Below are positions 13,704 to 26,285 of a DNA stretch of 64,000 nucleotides, piece after piece (the first letter of the stretch is position 1; every line of letters begins with the position of its first letter). The notes under the pieces are model-generated. The model saw only the letters and a list, made by a program, of their open reading frames with translations. It made no database searches and was not told where the DNA came from. Source of the DNA: Emiliania huxleyi CCMP1516 (lineage: Eukaryota); contig NW_005202428.1 of NCBI RefSeq assembly GCF_000372725.1, forward strand, positions 977,331 through 1,041,330, given 5' to 3'. Made by a program: the position numbers and the translations under genes.

Positions 13704-13808
13704 TGAGCACTTGAGCACTGGATAGGGTCGATTCCGCATGGTACGGGACCCCTCGATCGTCTGCCCTCCCTCACTGGTGTGTTCATCGGGGGGGGTCCTA
13801 ACAAACAC
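13704..13808 (-). mobile_element. Family C 3' end inserted antisense into the A tail, 9-bp TSD GTGTTCTCT
   Basis: TSD at 13695-13703 / 13809-13817. Confidence 0.8.
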
Positions 13809-13847
13809 GTGTTCTCTGTTTTCTTTTCTTTCTCTCTACGGCCCTTT

Positions 13848-13983
13848 CCCTGCGAACGCGCACCCCGCAGGGCTAGGGCTCTCTTGCCCGCAACCCGATA
13901 TCGATCATCCGGCCCGCTGGGTGCGCTTCTTAGCTCCCCGGCCCTGGATGTGAGGTTAATGACTGCACTCCAAGTGCTCCAAG
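13848..13983 (+). mobile_element. Family B 3' end
   Basis: Matches the reverse copy at 34255-34401. Confidence 0.75.
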
Positions 13984-14552
13984 GACAAGTAAGTGATCCC
14001 ACGACCGCGACTGTGGGGACTTTTGGTCATCGGTCAAAATATCTGAAGATCCTTCTATAGGATTCTCCCCAAACCTTGCTCAGCTGATCCAGCCTGGGGG
14101 GAAGGCCAGGCCTGGGCAAAGAAACCAGCACCTCATCAGGCTTCCCTGAGCGTCACAGCTCGGTGATCGCGCCGGCCGGACACCACTGTAACGTCCGTTC
14201 CGGGCATTTGAACGCGACCTTCGGGGGCAAAGAAATGGGCTCTATGGCTCAGACTGGACTCCTCTTGGTCCCTTCTGATGCCCTAGGCCACACCTGGGCC
14301 TTACCTGGGGCGCTAGGGGGCGGGCAGGGTTTGCCCCCCCAAACTGGCCCGAAGAACCTTAACCCTAGTACTGCATTACCACCTCGCGGTAGTGCTGCGG
14401 GATAGTAAGCAATAAACATTCTTTTATTTGCCTAGTGTCGTGCACCAGCTCGCCATTTTTTTATTTGAGGACGCGGCCGCCGAGCCCTCCTTAGCTTGCA
14501 CCCGCTCGCCTTCCTCGCCTCGCCTTCCTCGGCTGCTCCGCCTTTAGCTCAT

Positions 14553-15778
14553 ATGGGCTGCTGCGCTGACCTCTTTCGCTGCTCCAGCCTAAGCCTGCTA
14601 CTCATCTCTGCCCTCTTCTACACCCTCCTTGGCGCCGGAATCGTCACGCTCGGCGTCCTCGCGCTCACCCTCCCCTGGGCAAAGATTATTGTGCCCGATT
14701 GGTATGCGGGAGTCACGATTGGCGTCGGCGCCCTCATCCTCTTCGTCGCGCTCTTCGGCTACCTGGCCTTCTGCAGGAAGAAGAACAAGTGCTCGATCTC
14801 GATTTACATGCTGTTTTGCCTCCTTCTCTGCTGCACCACCGTCGCGAGCACGGTCGTCCTCTTCCGGTACTCGGACGCGCTGCACCTCGCCAAGGAGTCC
14901 AAATTCGTCAATGTGACGGACTGGCAGCGCGAGGCGTCCGAGTCGCTGAAGGAGGGCGTCGAGGAGATCTGGGAAGAGTGTGGTGCTTCCGTCTACAACA
15001 GCGACAGCGTGACATACACAGATGAATCTCAAGTCGATGCTGACAAGCCGCCATACGAGCTGCGCTGCACCAACAGCGACTTCGACGACGTCGCCGAGTC
15101 CATCAACGACCAGTGCCTCGAGGCGGCCTTCAACGACGAGAACTTTGACGAGGACAACACAGGTCTGAGACACACTTCAGACACTTCCTTCCTCGCCGCC
15201 CTTCCCCACCATTACCTGCATCTGCCTCCACACTGCTCGCGCCACCGCCGCTATCGCGACACGTCCACCGACACGTTCGCTGACACGTCCGCTGGTCCGC
15301 TGACACGTCCGCTGACACGTCCCGCAGACTTCCTCGAGTGCTACACCTCCTCCTCGTGGTGGGCGCCCGAGGCGCGCAGCAGCACGCTCGGCAAGCTCAA
15401 CACGCCCAAGGGCGTCTTCTGCGCGTGCTACGAGGAGTTCGCTGACTTTGTCGACGCCTACTTCTTCGTCGGCAAGTGGGTCTCCTTTGGCTTTGCAGTT
15501 TTCTTCGGGCTCGCCGCCCCAGATGCTAGATACGGACCCCCCGACTCGAACCCTCGTAGTCAACTGTACTCGGCTTCATTCGGCTGCGTTCACTGTATTC
15601 ACAGCCCTCGTGTGCACGACGTAGGCTCACCTTCCTTGGCTGCTGCTACCTCTGCTGCTGCTCCAAGCCGGCGGCGCCGGCACGCACCTCGCAGCAGGAG
15701 TACGCGCAGCAGCCGTACGCACAGCATGGGCAGCAGCCGCCGCCGCAGCAGAAGGGCGCCACCATCCTCCGCCCGTGA
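14553..15778 (+). CDS. Tetraspanin-like 4-TM protein; exons about 14553-15162, 15328-15508, 15625-15778
   Basis: Three N-terminal TM helices, a Cys-containing large loop, a fourth TM, and a Cys-rich juxtamembrane/Gln-rich tail. Confidence 0.7.
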
Positions 15779-16388
15779 GCGAAGCCATGGGTGCGCGGCG
15801 CTCCGTTCTTCTCCTGCAACCGCACAATGCCATGCCCGGCTCGCCGGGCGAGCCGCTGCGGTACCACATGCATAAAAAACTCTCCACACACGCACCGTCT
15901 GCACCGCGGACCCCCAGGCCCCAGCCGCTGTGACCCCGTGCAATTCCCGTTCCCCTGCCAGCCTCAGCTTGTCCGTGACTGTTCAGTAAGTTTGAACGCT
16001 TCAAAGATTATTTATTTCTCTTGGACAGAGCGCAGAGGGGGCCGTACCCCCACAACCCAGAGCGGAGCGGAGTTCGCGGTCGTCGCGGTGCGTCGCGCGC
16101 CCGCGGGCGCGGGGGCCGGGGGGCGCATTGTAATCACACAAGAACTCTGAACTGCGCACACGTGTATACTAACGGTTTAAACCCACCCTTTTACTCGTAC
16201 CTTCAGACCGCTTGTCCAACCGAACGCTCCAACGGCAACGCGGAAACCCGCCACACTCCACACACGCGCTTTTTTCAGTTTTCTTTATATAGGACCAGTC
16301 ACCATACAGCTTACAGGGCCGCCTATACGGGGGCTAGCCCGATCACCGCGGTCCACGGCTAAGAAAGTCTCTTGTGGCGTCAAGTCTG

Positions 16389-17686
16389 TCATGTGATGTC
16401 GTCCTCTGCGTCCATCGTGTAGTTGAAGGCTGGCGAGTCAAACGCAGATGCCGTGCGCCCCGCGGGCGGCTCCTTGGCCGCCGCGAGCACGCCGTCGGCT
16501 GCCACCCTGCGATGGGGCCCCTCCGCCTGGTCGTCCTCCTCTTCGCCGTCGCTGCTGCCGCTGCTGCTCTCGTCGTCGGAATAGACGCTGCTACGCGGCG
16601 GTGCCGACGGTGGACACCGGAGGGCGACGATCCAGCAGGCCATGGCCACCATAGCGAGGACCGCCGCTGCGTCCGTCCAAGCCACGCCCGCCAGCATGGT
16701 CGGCGGTGCGGGCGGGCGCCACAACTGCGGCGGAGGCGGCGGCAGCGCGGCGGCCGTGGCGGCGAGAGGCTGCGGGCTAGCTTGCGAGAGGCACTCGGCG
16801 TTGCGGCCCTCCCTCCGCCCGGCGTGGTCGTAGTGCCGCTGGACGCGCGGCCAGTCGCAGAGCGAAAGGGCCCCCTGGACGCCGAGAGGACAGGGCGAGG
16901 GTTGAAAATGGGGTGGTGTTGGGAAGGCAGGGCTGTGGCGGTGGCGCTTGGCTCGGTGGGAGCGGCCCTCGCCTTACAGAAGCCCCCGAGGAGGTCCGGG
17001 TAGCGGAGGATGTAGCACCGAAGCTCAGCGGCAGACAGGGCCGGCGGAAAGGGCGGTGGGGGCGGCACGGGCGGAGGCATTTGCGGCGGCGGTAGCGGCG
17101 GCGGCGGCGGCGTCGAAGGGCCAGGAGACGGTGGCGGCCGAGGCGGCGGCGGCGGAGGAGGCGGCTCTGGAGGCGGCGAGGGAGAGGGCGGCGGGCTCGG
17201 CCCGGGTGGTAGCCAAGGCGTGGGTGGTGGCGGCGGGGGGCAGAACTTGCACGTTGAGCAGCGACAGAGCTGGCAGTCCTCGTATGCGCGCCACGCCGCG
17301 CAGTTCGATTTGCACTGTGGCGTGTCGCTATCACCCTTGATTTTTGGCGTGCATGCCGGCGGGCCGGCGTCAGCAGCCGCCGACCAGCCGGCGCACCGCT
17401 CGCAGCCACGGCACGCGCAGCGGCTGCAATCGGGCGAGGAGACGCCCCACTGAACGGCGCACCACGTCAGACAGCGCGCGTTACCAAAGTCACCCGGGAT
17501 GTCTGAGGTGCAAGTGGGAGCATCCATGACGGTGCAGGCGGCACACCCGGCGCACTCGCCCTTGTTGCAATCGGAGCGGAGGGGAGCGCGAGTGCCGCAC
17601 CAGTGCTGGCAACCGGCGGGGACAAAGGGCTGCGGCTTTGCCGCTACGAGGCCGGAGCACAGTAATACGAGGAATGGGACCGACAT
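16389..17686 (-). CDS. Signal-peptide, Cys-rich-repeat, Pro-rich single-pass surface protein (one intron near 16880-16970)
   Basis: MSVPFLVLLC leader; three CxxWC..C..C.C.GC..C-type repeats; poly-Pro; CYILRYPDL..HY..GRREGR module; C-terminal TM and acidic tail. Confidence 0.65.
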
Positions 17687-17768
17687 GTAGAGGGTGCGAC
17701 GGTGGGAGTGCCCGCCGAGCGCCTCGGAGAAAAACGAAAGTCGCCCGGGGCTGCGTATGAGCCCTGTG

Positions 17769-17822
17769 GGGACCCTGTCCTCGTCCCATCCCTCGTTTGG
17801 CGTGTCTGTTTTTTTTCTTTTC
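17769..17822 (+). mobile_element. Very short family A-like 3' end with 11-bp TSD TGAGCCCTGTG
   Basis: CCCATCCCTC..GTCTGTTTT tail. TSD at 17758-17768 / 17823-17833. Confidence 0.65.
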
Positions 17823-18087
17823 TGAGCCCTGTGACGCGGTGTTGTTGCGAATAGGTGGTGAGGGCAGGCCGCGCGCTCGCGGGGCGCATCGCCGAGACCT
17901 GGCTCCCCGAGAGACACTCACCAACGGCCGGCAGTCGGCGCCGAGATTTCTTTTTATCAGACGAGTCCAAGACGGGCTCTGCAATGCACTCGAGCGCGAG
18001 CTCTAAGCATCCTCCAGGTGGCAAGAGCAGCGGACCTCTGTGGTGATTAAATCAACGGAGTAGGAGAGATAATAGAACAAGTCTCCA

Positions 18088-18370
18088 GCCGAGACGGTGA
18101 CGGGAAGCGTCGAGTGATCTCAGGCCCAGTGAGGCAGTGCACAGGCAACCCGGATCCTGCTGAACAAGCTCCTCTTGTAGCTCGATCGGTCACACCGCCA
18201 TCACCGTCGGGGAGAGGGGGGACGACACTGCTTCGGCAGCGTGCACCTCGATCCTGTACCGTGTTTGCGTTATGACCCCCCCCAATGAGCACACCAGCGA
18301 GGGAGGGCGAGACGATCGAGGGGTCCCGTACCACGCGGAATCGACCCTATCCAGTGCTCAAGTGCTCAAG
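18088..18370 (+). mobile_element. Family C 3' part, followed by a G-run and an A fragment
   Basis: High identity to 1179-1465. Confidence 0.75.
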
Positions 18371-18914
18371 CAGGGGGGGGGGGGGGGGACTGGCAATCCC
18401 TGTGTGGTGCGGCGTGTGTCGTTCTCCCCATCGAGCCGCGTTCAAAAGGTGTGCGCGCCTTGGCGCCGCCCCTTTCGCGATGGGCGGCCCCCGCCCCGCG
18501 CCAGGGGCCGCCCACCTCGAAGCTCGCGCCCCACCCCGACCCGAGCAAACCCGGCCCCACCCCGACCCGACCCAAACCACCCCGCTCCGCCCTGCCCCGC
18601 CCCCCTCACCGGACAAACCCTGAAGCCGCACCCGGCTCCGCCCCCCGCCCGACCCTCACCCGCGCGTGCGCCTGCCGCCTGCGCCGCCTCCCCCCATGCG
18701 CACCCACGACGCCAGCCGCGCGCCCGTCGCCCGCCGAACAAGAGTGAAGAGAATTTTCACAAAAGGAAACCCCGGGCGCGCCTCGCCGTGTTGTAGTCTC
18801 CCAGTTGTCCCGTCGAATTCTTACCCCTCTTCGCCAGGTCCTGGCCACCCGAAGGCAGGTTGGCCTCGCGAGCCTCGCAGGCGCTCATCAGCTCGAGCCC
18901 TTGTCTCGAGTTCC

Positions 18915-21900
18915 ATGGCGAAGCGTCGGGCGTTCGTCGGCTGCTGCGCTCGCACGGACGGGTGCGTCCTGGCTGCTGGCCACCGGGGCGCCTGCCATGT
19001 CGCGGAGATGGAGGAGGTTGACTACGTCGTGGAGGCCATCCGCGACGAGCGCGAGCGCCGCGGGAAGCTCCCGACCACCGAGTACCTCGTCAAGTGGAAG
19101 GGCTGGCCCGAGGAGGACTGCACGTGGGAGCTCGAGCAGACTCTGGCATCGTGCCCTCTCATTCTCCGCGCGTGGCGAAAGGCGAGGAAAACTCCAGCGC
19201 CAGCTACCACAGTCGCGCCGCCGGTGCCGTGCCCAGCGCCTGCAGAGACATGCCCGGCGCCGCAGGCGCGGGAGCGCAAGCCTCCGAGAGCGCAGGTCCC
19301 GTGCCAAAAGAGGCGCAAGAGGGACGCTGACGGCGGCGCTCTCGCTGCGACAGCGGCGAGTCCGCCGTCGTCACTGCCCGAACCCCCGTGCGCCGCCGTC
19401 GGGCAGGCGACTGCCGCCGAGAGCACGGCGGAAGTGCCGACCGAGCATCTCTCGGCAGGGCATGAGCGACGCCTCAGGAGGCAGGCGCAGTCTCAACCGT
19501 TGATGGAGGCGGCGGCGCCGCCGCCTGTTCTGCCGCAGCCGCCGGCGCCGCCGCCACTCCCGCCGCCGCCAAAGCCTGGTGGCGCATCGGCTGACGCAGT
19601 GGCGCAGGGCCGCCAGCCGGCCCGGCAGTCAACAGCGGCCACGAGCACGCGCCGCCACGTTGGTTCGGAGGCCGCCGCGAGCGGTCGGCGCGAGGCGCAG
19701 CCGCAGGGGGGGCAGGCTCCAGACGGCCCCGAGGCGGAGGAGGGGTCGGGCGGACCCGCGGCTCAGGAGGGGTCGGGCGGACCCGCGGCTGCCGCCTCTC
19801 CTCCTCCTCGGGTCCAGCAGCCGAGGGAGGAGCTGCGGGAGGGGGACACGGCGCTTGCGGCGGCGGCGGCGGGCGACGAGGCCGCGCCAGTTCCGGCTCT
19901 TGTGGTGGAGGCAGAGGGCTTACGCTTGCACATGTCAAGCAGCGGCAGCAGCGGCTACAAGGGGGTGCGCAAGAGCAAGGCTGGCCGCTTCGAAGCGCAG
20001 AAAAGGGTGGACGGAAGGCAGGTGTTCTTGGGCACTTTCAACACGGCGGTGGGGGCGGCGGTGGCGTACGCGCGCGCAGCCGGCGGGGTGGCGCAGCCGC
20101 GGGTGGTGGAGGCGGTGGCGGCCGGGGTGGCTCCAGACGGGCCCGCGGCGGAGGAGGGGTCGGGCGGACCCGCGGCTCAAGAGGGGTCGGGCGGACCCGC
20201 GGCTCAAGAGGGGTCGGGCGGACCCGCGGCTCAAGAGGGGTCGGGCGGACCCGCGGCTCAAGAGGGGTCGGGCGGACCCGCGGCTCAAGAGGGGTCGGGC
20301 GGACCCGCGGCTCAAGAGGGGTCGGGCGGACCCGCGGCTGCCGCCCCTCCTCCTCCTCGGGTCCAGCAGCCGAGGGAGGAGCTGCGGGAGGGGGACACGG
20401 CGCTTGCGGCGGCGGCGGCGGGCGACGAGGCCGCGCCAGTTCCGGCTCTTGTGGTGGAGGCAGAGGGCTTACGCTTGCACATGTCAAGCAGCGGCAGCAG
20501 CGGCTACAAGGGGGTGCGCAAGAGCACATGGAAGGCTGGCCGCTTCGAAGCGCTGAAAAGGGTGGACGGAAGGCAGGTGTACTTGGGCACTTTCAACACG
20601 GCGGTGGGGGCGGCGGTGGCGTACGCCCGCGCAGCCGGCGGGGTGGCGCAGCCGCGGGTGGTGGAGGCGGTGGCGGCCGGGGTGGCCGGCTGCGCCCCTG
20701 AGCTTGAGCGTCCAGGCGGCGGCCGGCAGGGTGGTGACGGAACCGAGCGAGGCGGGCGGAGCGGCGGGATTGGCGGCGGCGGCGGCGGCGGGACTGGCGG
20801 CAGCGGCGGCTGCGGCGGCGGCAGTGTGGCGGGCGGAGGCAGCATGGGCGGAGGCAGTGCAGCGGCCAGCAGCAGTGCGGCCAGCAGCAGTGCGGCCAGC
20901 GGCAGTGCGGCCAGCGGCAGTGCTGCGGGCGGCGGCAGTGCCGTTGGCGAGGGGCCAGGTTTGGCACCGGAGGGCCACATTGACAATAGCGAGGCGCGCA
21001 GGCGCCTCAGCTGCCTGCGGAGTCCCTCTGCCATCCGATCCTTCGCCGAGTGCCACCCCGAGGCGTGCGTCAGCATCTCGGCCGGCAGCCGCAAGCCTCG
21101 AAAGTACTACGACGCAGCCAAGCTCGAGGCATGGAGGCTGGAGGCGTGGCGCCGGCGGTCGTCCTCCGAGCCACCGCCGCCGCCGCCGCCCTGCCGCGAC
21201 TACCGGTGCCGCGTCTGTGGCCAGCCAAAGAAGGGACACGTCTGTGTACCTGCGCAGGGGGGCGACGCGGTGTGGGCTCCTCCTGTCCCGCCGCCTCGGT
21301 CCGACTCGCAGCTCCCCGCGGCCCTGCAGCGCCCCGTGCGGCAGCGCGAGCGGCCCGTGTCTTACCTCGAGGCTTCCTCCGACGAGGAGCCAGGCGGCGC
21401 CTCGCTGATCTCCAACTGGGCAAAGGCCGCCAAGGCCGCCAAGGCGGCCAAGTCGGAGGCCGATGGGGAGGGCGACGAGGCCTGCAGCGCGGACAGCGAA
21501 GCCGGCGGCCGCGTGCGGAAGGCCGCGATGAGCACATCGGGCGTGGACGCCGCGCCGGCGGCGTGCGACGTGCAGGGCGGCACCAAGCGCGCAGTGCGGG
21601 GGCCGTGGACGCCTTGGAGCTCGGAGGAGGAGAAGCAGCTGCAGCGGCTCGTCCGGGAGGACAGGACTTGGACGGAGATTGCGGCGGCGCTTGCCAACGG
21701 CCGCACCTGCGCCGGGGTGCAGCAGCACTTTGCGTCGATGTGCAAGCGGGACGGGGCAGCGACGAGCAAGGGCCTCTCGCACGAGCGCCGCTCGGAGGCG
21801 CAGCTCGGCTGCTCGTCGAGCGGCGCAGAGACGGCCAAGCTGCGAGCGGAGAGGAGCGAGGGGCGGCAGGCTGCGCGGGTGGTCTCTCGGCTGTCTCTCT

Positions 21901-24314
21901 GCTGTATCTCGGCTATATCTCGGCTGCATCTCGATCTCAGGTTGCGCGGGTGGTCGAGTCGCTTGTTCGCCGCATCGAGCGGCGGGCGGCGAGCGAAGCG
22001 GCGCGGGAGAGGCGTGAGGCGGCGCGCGAGCGAGAGAGGGAGGCGAAGGAGGCCGCCAGGCGCGCCGCCAAAGCCGCGCGGCCGGTGCGAGCGAGCCTCC
22101 GGCCGCGGCCGGATGGCGCCGTCTCGCTCCGCCTGTTCGTGCGCGCGGGGACGAGGTGGCGCGCGGCTAAGGCGCGCCCACGTGCGGTGCCGCTCGCCGC
22201 TGCCGCTGCCGCCGGTGGCGTGGCTGGCGATGTCAGCAACAGCGACGGCGACGCCACCGACGACGGCAGTGCCGGCGCCACCGACGGCGGCGGCGGCGAC
22301 AGCGCCACCGACGGCGACGTCGAGAGCGGCGGCGACAGCGGCGACGAGAGCGACGCGGCTTTCTGCGAGGTCTGCGGCCGTGTAGACGACGAGGGCGCGA
22401 TGCTGCTCTGTGGCGACGGCGCGGGCCACGGCTGCGACCGCGGTTTCCACTCTAAGATGCGGAATCCTGTTTCCCATATTCAGCTAGACACGTGTTCGTC
22501 TGTATTCGGCTGCATTCGGCTGCATTCGTCTGTATTCGTCTGTATTCGTGGCCCGCGTATTCACACGGCTCTCACGCTGTACGGCACACTGTTCACGCTG
22601 ACTCTGGTGTCTTCATGCCGCAGGCTTCCACCTCTACTGCCTGCGCCCGGCGCTGTCCGCGCCACCCGACGAGGACTGGTACTGCAACGAGTGCGAGCAG
22701 GCGGGCGAGGCGGCGGCGGGGGCGGCCGCCAAGGAGCGCGTGGCGGGGTCGGCGAGGCGGCAGCGCGAGGCGGTGCAGCGGCTGCGGCGACGCCTCTCTG
22801 CGGGTGAGCACGAGTCGGCGGAGCTGCCGGCGGGCAACATGCGGCCGTTGCTGGAGCTGCAGCGGGAAGGCTCGCTCTCGGCCGAGGAGGCGCTGGCGGC
22901 GGCAGAGGCGGAGGGACTCGCCCTCGTGCGCGGCGAGGCGGCGAGTGGATTCCGGTGCGTCTACCCGCAGTACTCGGCGCTGGGCCAGGTTCGCTGCGCG
23001 CCGCGCCTCGAGGTTCACAGACCTTGTTCACGCGTGCCGCCGGTGAGGAGAGGCCCGTTGTGCTCACGTCCACAGGTGCGCTGCTGGGAGGTGCGCGTCA
23101 AGGTCTTTGGCGCGCAACGCATCCTGGCATACACGCGCACCCGTGAGCACGCGGCCCTTGTCTTTGCGCGCTACGTCGGGAGGGCCACGTGCGCGCGCGA
23201 GGTGGAGCTCGAGCAGCGGCAGCAGCGTGGCATTGAGGCGCCGCCGCCGAGCCGCGAGGAGGTGGAGGCGACCGCGCGCGCCGAAGGCCTCGAGCTGGTC
23301 GCGTCGGGCACGCAAGCGGCGCTGGTGCACCCCGGCAAGCTCGTCAAAACCGCGTTCGGCGGCTCGGGTGGGAGGCCGGGCACATCGCAGACGGGGTATG
23401 TCAACGTCAAGCGTAAGTCCGCAGACGGCGACGACTTCTTCGCTGGTTGCTTCCGAGGCCGTTTGCTGCAACGGTGGCGCACCGCGGCTGAGGCGGCGCT
23501 TGACCTGGCGCGGACCCGGGCGGCGGCAGAGAAGGAGGAGGAGGAGGAGGAGGGGGAGGGGGAGGGGGAGGGGGAGGGGGAGGGAGAGTGGGGGGAGGTG
23601 ATGGAGGTGGCGGAGGATGACAAGGAGACGGTGGAGGGGGGGGAGAAGGGGGGGGAGGCGGCGGCAGAGGGGAGTGGCGCGGTGGAGAAGGGGGAGGCGG
23701 GTGGTGGGGCGGGGGCGGGGCTCGCAGAGGGCGCCTCGCATCGTGAGCGCCCCGCGCATCCCCCGGGCAAGTTCGAGCCAATCGCGAAGCGGCGGCGGGG
23801 CTTGCTCGCCGCCGATGCCGCCGGGGCAGAGGACGCGGCGCTCGCTTGGGACGTTTGGTACGCTCGCGAGGAGCGCTCGCCGCGGCCCAAGCGGTCGCGC
23901 GTCGGGGCGTCGTCCGACGTCGAGGGCGAGGAGGGGAACGCACCGCGGCCAACCCGCGCCGCGCCACAGCCCCCACCGCCGCCGCAGCCCCCACCGCCGC
24001 CGCGTGACCGGTCTCGGACGGGGGCCGAGGCCCGCCACGCCGCCGCTATGGCGCGGCTCGCCGAGGCAGCCGCTCGGGGCAGGGAAGGCGGAGGCGGAGG
24101 CGGAGGAGGCGGCGGCGGCGGGCGCGGAGGCGCAGGTGGAGGCGGCCGCGCCGCCGATGCGTCGCGAGCCGTGCAGGAGCTCGACGAGGAGGGGTTGCCG
24201 CTGCGCGACAAGAACGGGCTGCTCCTCTCCGAGTATGAGCGGCAGCGCCTGGCCACCATCCGAGAGAATCAGCGCTTCATGGCGCAGCTGGACCGGGAGA
24301 TGAACGGGCTGTGA
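18915..24314 (+). CDS. Large chromatin/transcription protein: chromodomain, AP2-like repeats, Zn knuckle, Myb/SANT, PHD; introns 21870-21940, 22443-22623, 22989-23075
   Basis: YVVEAIRDER..EYLVKWKGWPEEDCTWE (chromo). SGYKGVRK..GRFEAQ..LGTFNTAVGAAVAYAR x2 (AP2). WSSEEEKQL..TWTEIA..GRT (Myb). CEVCG..MLLCGD..CDRG|FHLYCL..DWYCNEC (PHD, completed only by splicing). Confidence 0.85.
19725..20684 (+). repeat. Intragenic tandem duplication of an AP2-containing block with a 27-bp minisatellite (EGSGGPAAQ)
   Basis: 19725-20131 is nearly identical to 20138-20684. The 27-bp unit has 2 copies in the first block and about 7 in the second. Confidence 0.9.
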
Positions 24315-24608
24315 TGCCGGCCGGCCGCATTGTCGTTGTGTGTCGGTCCCGTTCAAGAATAAACAACTCTTACCCGATGTGCGAGGCGGCGCGCAACGTG
24401 GATCTCTAAGAACGAACGTTAACGCTCCAGAAAAGTCTACCATACAGTATGCACAGACAACGTACGGCCGTCACGGCGTACTGCGGCTCAGATGTGAGCG
24501 GGAGAAGACCCAGAAGCAGAACCTTTTCCCGGGGTTCCCCGGCGAGCGGCGTGTGGTTCCATCTGCGGCGACACCGGCACCGCAGTCCTCGGCTCGCTCC
24601 TCGCGCGG

Positions 24609-26285
24609 CTACCCATCCAGAATCACCTCCGACAGGCTCTGTGCGAGATTGGCCGCGAGGTGGGAGGAGTTGGTGAGCGGCGCGTAGACCTCCAGGCTCG
24701 CCTGCAGCACTGTCGGCCTTGTGTCGTCGGCAAGGAAGGCGACCTCGTCGCCGTTGCTGGCGGAGCGGTAGATGAGCATGTCGCGGTACTCGCACGAGAG
24801 TGCGGCGCTGCTTGAGCAAGCGAGCACGAAGTCGGATGGCACGCGCCGCTCAAGCGTCTGCAGCACGATCTGGCCGTCGACGTAGTAGTTGGTGCTCGCG
24901 TTCGCGTAGTAGTGGGAGACCGCCACGTAGTGCCAGTCGCCGTCGGTGAGGCTCGGCCCTGCGGCAGCGACAATGCCACTCCGCTCGTCTGTGGTGGACA
25001 ATTGACCCGACGCGTCGATGCCGATCTTCAGATCGGACGGCGGGGCGACCGGAAGCGGATGTGGCGCCGACACGGCCGCCCGCGCCGATTGCGGGGCGAC
25101 CGGTGCTTGTGAGACCGAAGCGACGCTGGCGCCAATGCAGTCGGTGGAGCACCGAAACGCAAAGGCGAATGTGAACGAGTGCATCGGTTGGTCCGCAGGC
25201 ACCGTGAAGGCCACGCGGCGCTCCGATCCCTCGCTCACGAAGCCCGTGCTGCCCGACGCATCCTGGCGCGCGACGCGAGACGGCTTTCCCGCGTTGATGG
25301 CATCAAACAGCGACGGTACGATGGCGAGCCACATCTCGGTCGAGCCGGCGTCGTTGGGATGGCCGCCGTCGGCAAAGAAGCCTTCCACAATGCGACCGTG
25401 GCCGTCGTCGAGCGCGCCGAGGTAGTTGACGCCCGGCGGCTGGCCGAGCGCCTCCGACGTCTGCGTCAGCACGTTCATCTCGCGGATCAGCGCGTACTCA
25501 TCCGCTGTGTACTCCTTGTACGCTGCGGCCGCGGCAGCGGCAAAGCCGACCGCCAGCCCCACCCCGATCCCGACGCCGATCCCGGAGGCCGCGGCGGCGC
25601 CCCGGGGGCGGCGGAGGCCCTGCCGCCGCAGGACAAGCCACATGAAGAACGCGATGACCACCGCCGTGAGGAGGCCAACGCCGCCGCCCATGGCAATGCC
25701 TGTGACCTCTCCGCCGCCGCCGGAAGAGCGCGGGTAGCAGCTTCCGATGACTGGATAGCCTCCGGCTGTTCGCGTGCGGTCGGCGAGCTGGACCAGCCCG
25801 TCGTGGTACGCATCGAAAACCTCGCGCGTGACCTCCGACGCGCCCATGCGCTTGGCCTCGTTCGACAGCGAGAGGCCGAAGAGCACGTAGCGGGCGCGCG
25901 AGGAGAGGACTTGACAGAAGCGCCTGAGCAGCTTCGCCGTCGAGTCACCATTATTGGCGTTGTTGAAGACGGAGCGGCCGCTGTGCTCGCGCTGCCACAC
26001 GCGTAGGCGGCTCTGGTAGCAGCCACCGAGGTCCGCCTCCTGGCTGCTCAACGAGGAGCGTGCCCGGCCGGAGCAGTTGCCGCTGCACATGAAGCCATTC
26101 GAGACGCTTGAGCCAAAGACAGCGATGGTGTTCTCGTCGAGCGGCCCCGTATAATCTTCGCATGAGGAGGATGGGCGCAGGAAGACGCCAAGAGGCACGG
26201 CGATTCCGACGGCTAGCAGCGCGACGCACACGAGAGCGACGGCCACTCGGCCGCGCTTTCTGATGGGCTCCTTGTCGGACCGCAT
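24609..26285 (-). CDS. Membrane-anchored SGNH/GDSL hydrolase + LamG-like domain, intronless
   Basis: IAVFGSSVSNG (block I), GLSLSNE (block III), DGGHPNDAG (block V); C-terminal LTDGDWHYVAVS..YYVDG LamG motif; N-terminal TM. Confidence 0.8.
   Translation of the reverse strand: MRSDKEPIRKRGRVAVALVCVALLAVGIAVPLGVFLRPSSSCEDYTGPLDENTIAVFGSSVSNGFMCSGNCSGRARSSLSSQEADLGGCYQSRLRVWQREHSGRSVFNNANNGDSTAKLLRRFCQVLSSRARYVLFGLSLSNEAKRMGASEVTREVFDAYHDGLVQLADRTRTAGGYPVIGSCYPRSSGGGGEVTGIAMGGGVGLLTAVVIAFFMWLVLRRQGLRRPRGAAAASGIGVGIGVGLAVGFAAAAAAAYKEYTADEYALIREMNVLTQTSEALGQPPGVNYLGALDDGHGRIVEGFFADGGHPNDAGSTEMWLAIVPSLFDAINAGKPSRVARQDASGSTGFVSEGSERRVAFTVPADQPMHSFTFAFAFRCSTDCIGASVASVSQAPVAPQSARAAVSAPHPLPVAPPSDLKIGIDASGQLSTTDERSGIVAAAGPSLTDGDWHYVAVSHYYANASTNYYVDGQIVLQTLERRVPSDFVLACSSSAALSCEYRDMLIYRSASNGDEVAFLADDTRPTVLQASLEVYAPLTNSSHLAANLAQSLSEVILDG

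Larger units (their letters stand above)
12403..13833 (+). mobile_element. Family A retroelement copy interrupted by a MITE (12670-13554) and a family C insert (13704-13808)
   Basis: Flanks align with 58298-58810 once the inserts are removed. Confidence 0.8.

Noticed and set aside
20484..24443. Numerous long antisense and alternative-frame ORFs here and throughout the window
   Set aside because: Expected from very high GC and low stop-codon frequency; the translations are low-complexity.
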